From Pedosphaera sp. (GTDB taxonomy: Bacteria > Verrucomicrobiota > Verrucomicrobiia > Limisphaerales > SIBE01): a stretch of DNA of 64,000 nucleotides. Positions 63,101-64,000 of this stretch are shown one piece after another (positions within the stretch are counted from its first letter, which is position 1; the number at the start of each line of letters is the position of its first letter). The position numbers were made by a program, and so were the translations under genes. The stretch spans positions 45 to 64,044 of the forward strand of contig SIBE01000001.1 of the NCBI GenBank assembly GCA_009695265.1. The letters run 5' to 3'. Below the pieces are notes generated by a model. The model was given only the letters and a program-made list of their open reading frames with translations, had not been told where the DNA came from and did not search any database.

Positions 63101-64000
63101 TTAATTTTCCCGAGGCAGATCGTCGGCGCTGATTTTTGCCGCGCTTTCAAAACGAGTATAGGCTTTCAAAAACGTCAAATTCACATCTCCGGTTGGCCCG
63201 TTTCGCTGTTTGGCAATGTATAAATTGACGGGCACGGCTTCCTGTTCCTGCGTGCCCCCATCTTCTTCATCGCCGCTCTGGGCCTTGTAAAGGAGACCCA
63301 CGAGATCGGCATCTTGTTCAATCGCGCCGGACTCGCGCAAGTCCGACAAGCGCGGCTTCCGGTTTTTATCCTTTTCCAATTCGCGGTTCAACTGACTCAG
63401 CACGATCACGGGAACATTGAGTTCTTTAGCCAACGCTTTGATGCCGTTGGAAATATCCGCAATTTCCTGCTGCCTATTTTCGGCTCGCCGCGAAGTAGAA
63501 TTGAGCAGTTGTAAGTAGTCAATCACAAAGAGCTTAATCCCGTATTGCTGGAACATCCGTCGAGCTTTGGCTCGGAGCTGCAAGATCGATAGGCCTGAGC
63601 TGTCATCGATGAAAAGCGCGGCGTTGGCGAGCTTTCCGGCGGAACCGGTCAGCTTGGGGAAATCTCTTTCAGCTAAGAAGCCGTCGCGGATATTCCGGAG
63701 GTTCACTCGTGAACGAGAACAGAGCATCCGCAACACAAGGGCTTCGGCTGTCATTTCCAGGCTGAACACTCCGACAGGCAACTTAGCTTCGAGCGACACG
63801 TGCTCGGCGATGTTCATGGCCAAGCTCGTTTTTCCCATGCTCGGCCGAGCAGCGATGACGATCATTTCACCCCCGTGCAGACCGCTGGTCATCTTGTCGA
63901 AGTCTGGAAAGCCTGTGGCAATTCCCGTGAGCATCCCTTGCCGCTGGTGAAACTCCTCGATGGTATTGATCGCTTTGTGGACGAGATCTTTGATCGTTCT
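63101..64000 (-). CDS. dnaB: Replicative DNA helicase DnaB (C-terminal part; N-terminus beyond window end)
   Basis: The frame is open to nt 64000. Walker A AARPSMGKTSLAMNIA, Walker B LFVIDYLQL and SQLNRELE...R.P..SDLRESGAIEQDADLV are RecA-like DnaB motifs. Its TAA stop (63101-63103) directly abuts the bamA ATG (63098-63100). Confidence 0.92.
   Translation of the reverse strand, partial: RTIKDLVHKAINTIEEFHQRQGMLTGIATGFPDFDKMTSGLHGGEMIVIAARPSMGKTSLAMNIAEHVSLEAKLPVGVFSLEMTAEALVLRMLCSRSRVNLRNIRDGFLAERDFPKLTGSAGKLANAALFIDDSSGLSILQLRAKARRMFQQYGIKLFVIDYLQLLNSTSRRAENRQQEIADISNGIKALAKELNVPVIVLSQLNRELEKDKNRKPRLSDLRESGAIEQDADLVGLLYKAQSGDEEDGGTQEQEAVPVNLYIAKQRNGPTGDVNLTFLKAYTRFESAAKISADDLPREN

Noticed and set aside
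1-64000. Scan for CRISPR arrays, rRNA/tRNA genes, IS elements, integrases, prophage genes and toxin-antitoxin pairs.
   Set aside because: I saw no direct-repeat/spacer arrays, no tRNA-like acceptor/T-arm sequences in intergenic regions, and no transposase, integrase or phage-structural motifs in any ORF. The by-eye scan is not exhaustive for small RNAs.

Overview
This is a 64-kb stretch of a moderately GC-rich bacterial chromosome; GC content was judged by eye, not computed. Gene content looks like the PVC superphylum (Verrucomicrobia/Planctomycetes-like): giant secreted sulfatase/Ig/DUF1566 proteins, PQQ beta-propellers, and Sel1 and fasciclin proteins. I support about 49 protein-coding genes. 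I recognised no rRNA, tRNA, CRISPR array, transposase or integrase. All homology calls come from motif recognition by eye, with no database search.

The main result is a 19.6-kb minus-strand operon (1964-21610). A PUFA-synthase-type megasynthase (pfaD, pfaA-like KS-AT-ACP-ACP-KR-DH, pfaC-like KS-CLF-AT-DH-DH) runs directly, with overlapping stop/start codons, into a complete oleABCD head-to-head olefin pathway. This predicts a dedicated polyketide/PUFA-derived long-chain olefin system.

Other loci worth a second look:
- A CarH-type (MerR plus B12-binding, exact Wx9EH motif) photoreceptor is translationally coupled to DUF2892 and SRPBCC genes. Tandem 11-bp CarH-like operator repeats lie in its upstream region.
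- An orphan NrdG-type glycyl-radical activase is coupled to a DUF1257/DUF2997 pair and followed by a membrane-anchored HNH nuclease. The group sits at the end of a his/trp operon.
- A secreted YHYH/Ig/sulfatase/DUF1566 locus is broken twice, each time at a GGG run. Adding one G at each site would give a single ORF of about 2100 aa.
- A five-gene exported-protein operon carries LpoB-like and YcfL-like lipoproteins.
- A PQQ dehydrogenase has a cytochrome c module inserted in the propeller.
- A hybrid histidine kinase has an Asp-to-Glu pseudo-receiver.

The rest is housekeeping: yggS, trpE, hisI, hisF, trmL, truA, ruvX, hemL, two cyclophilins, skp, bamA and partial dnaB.
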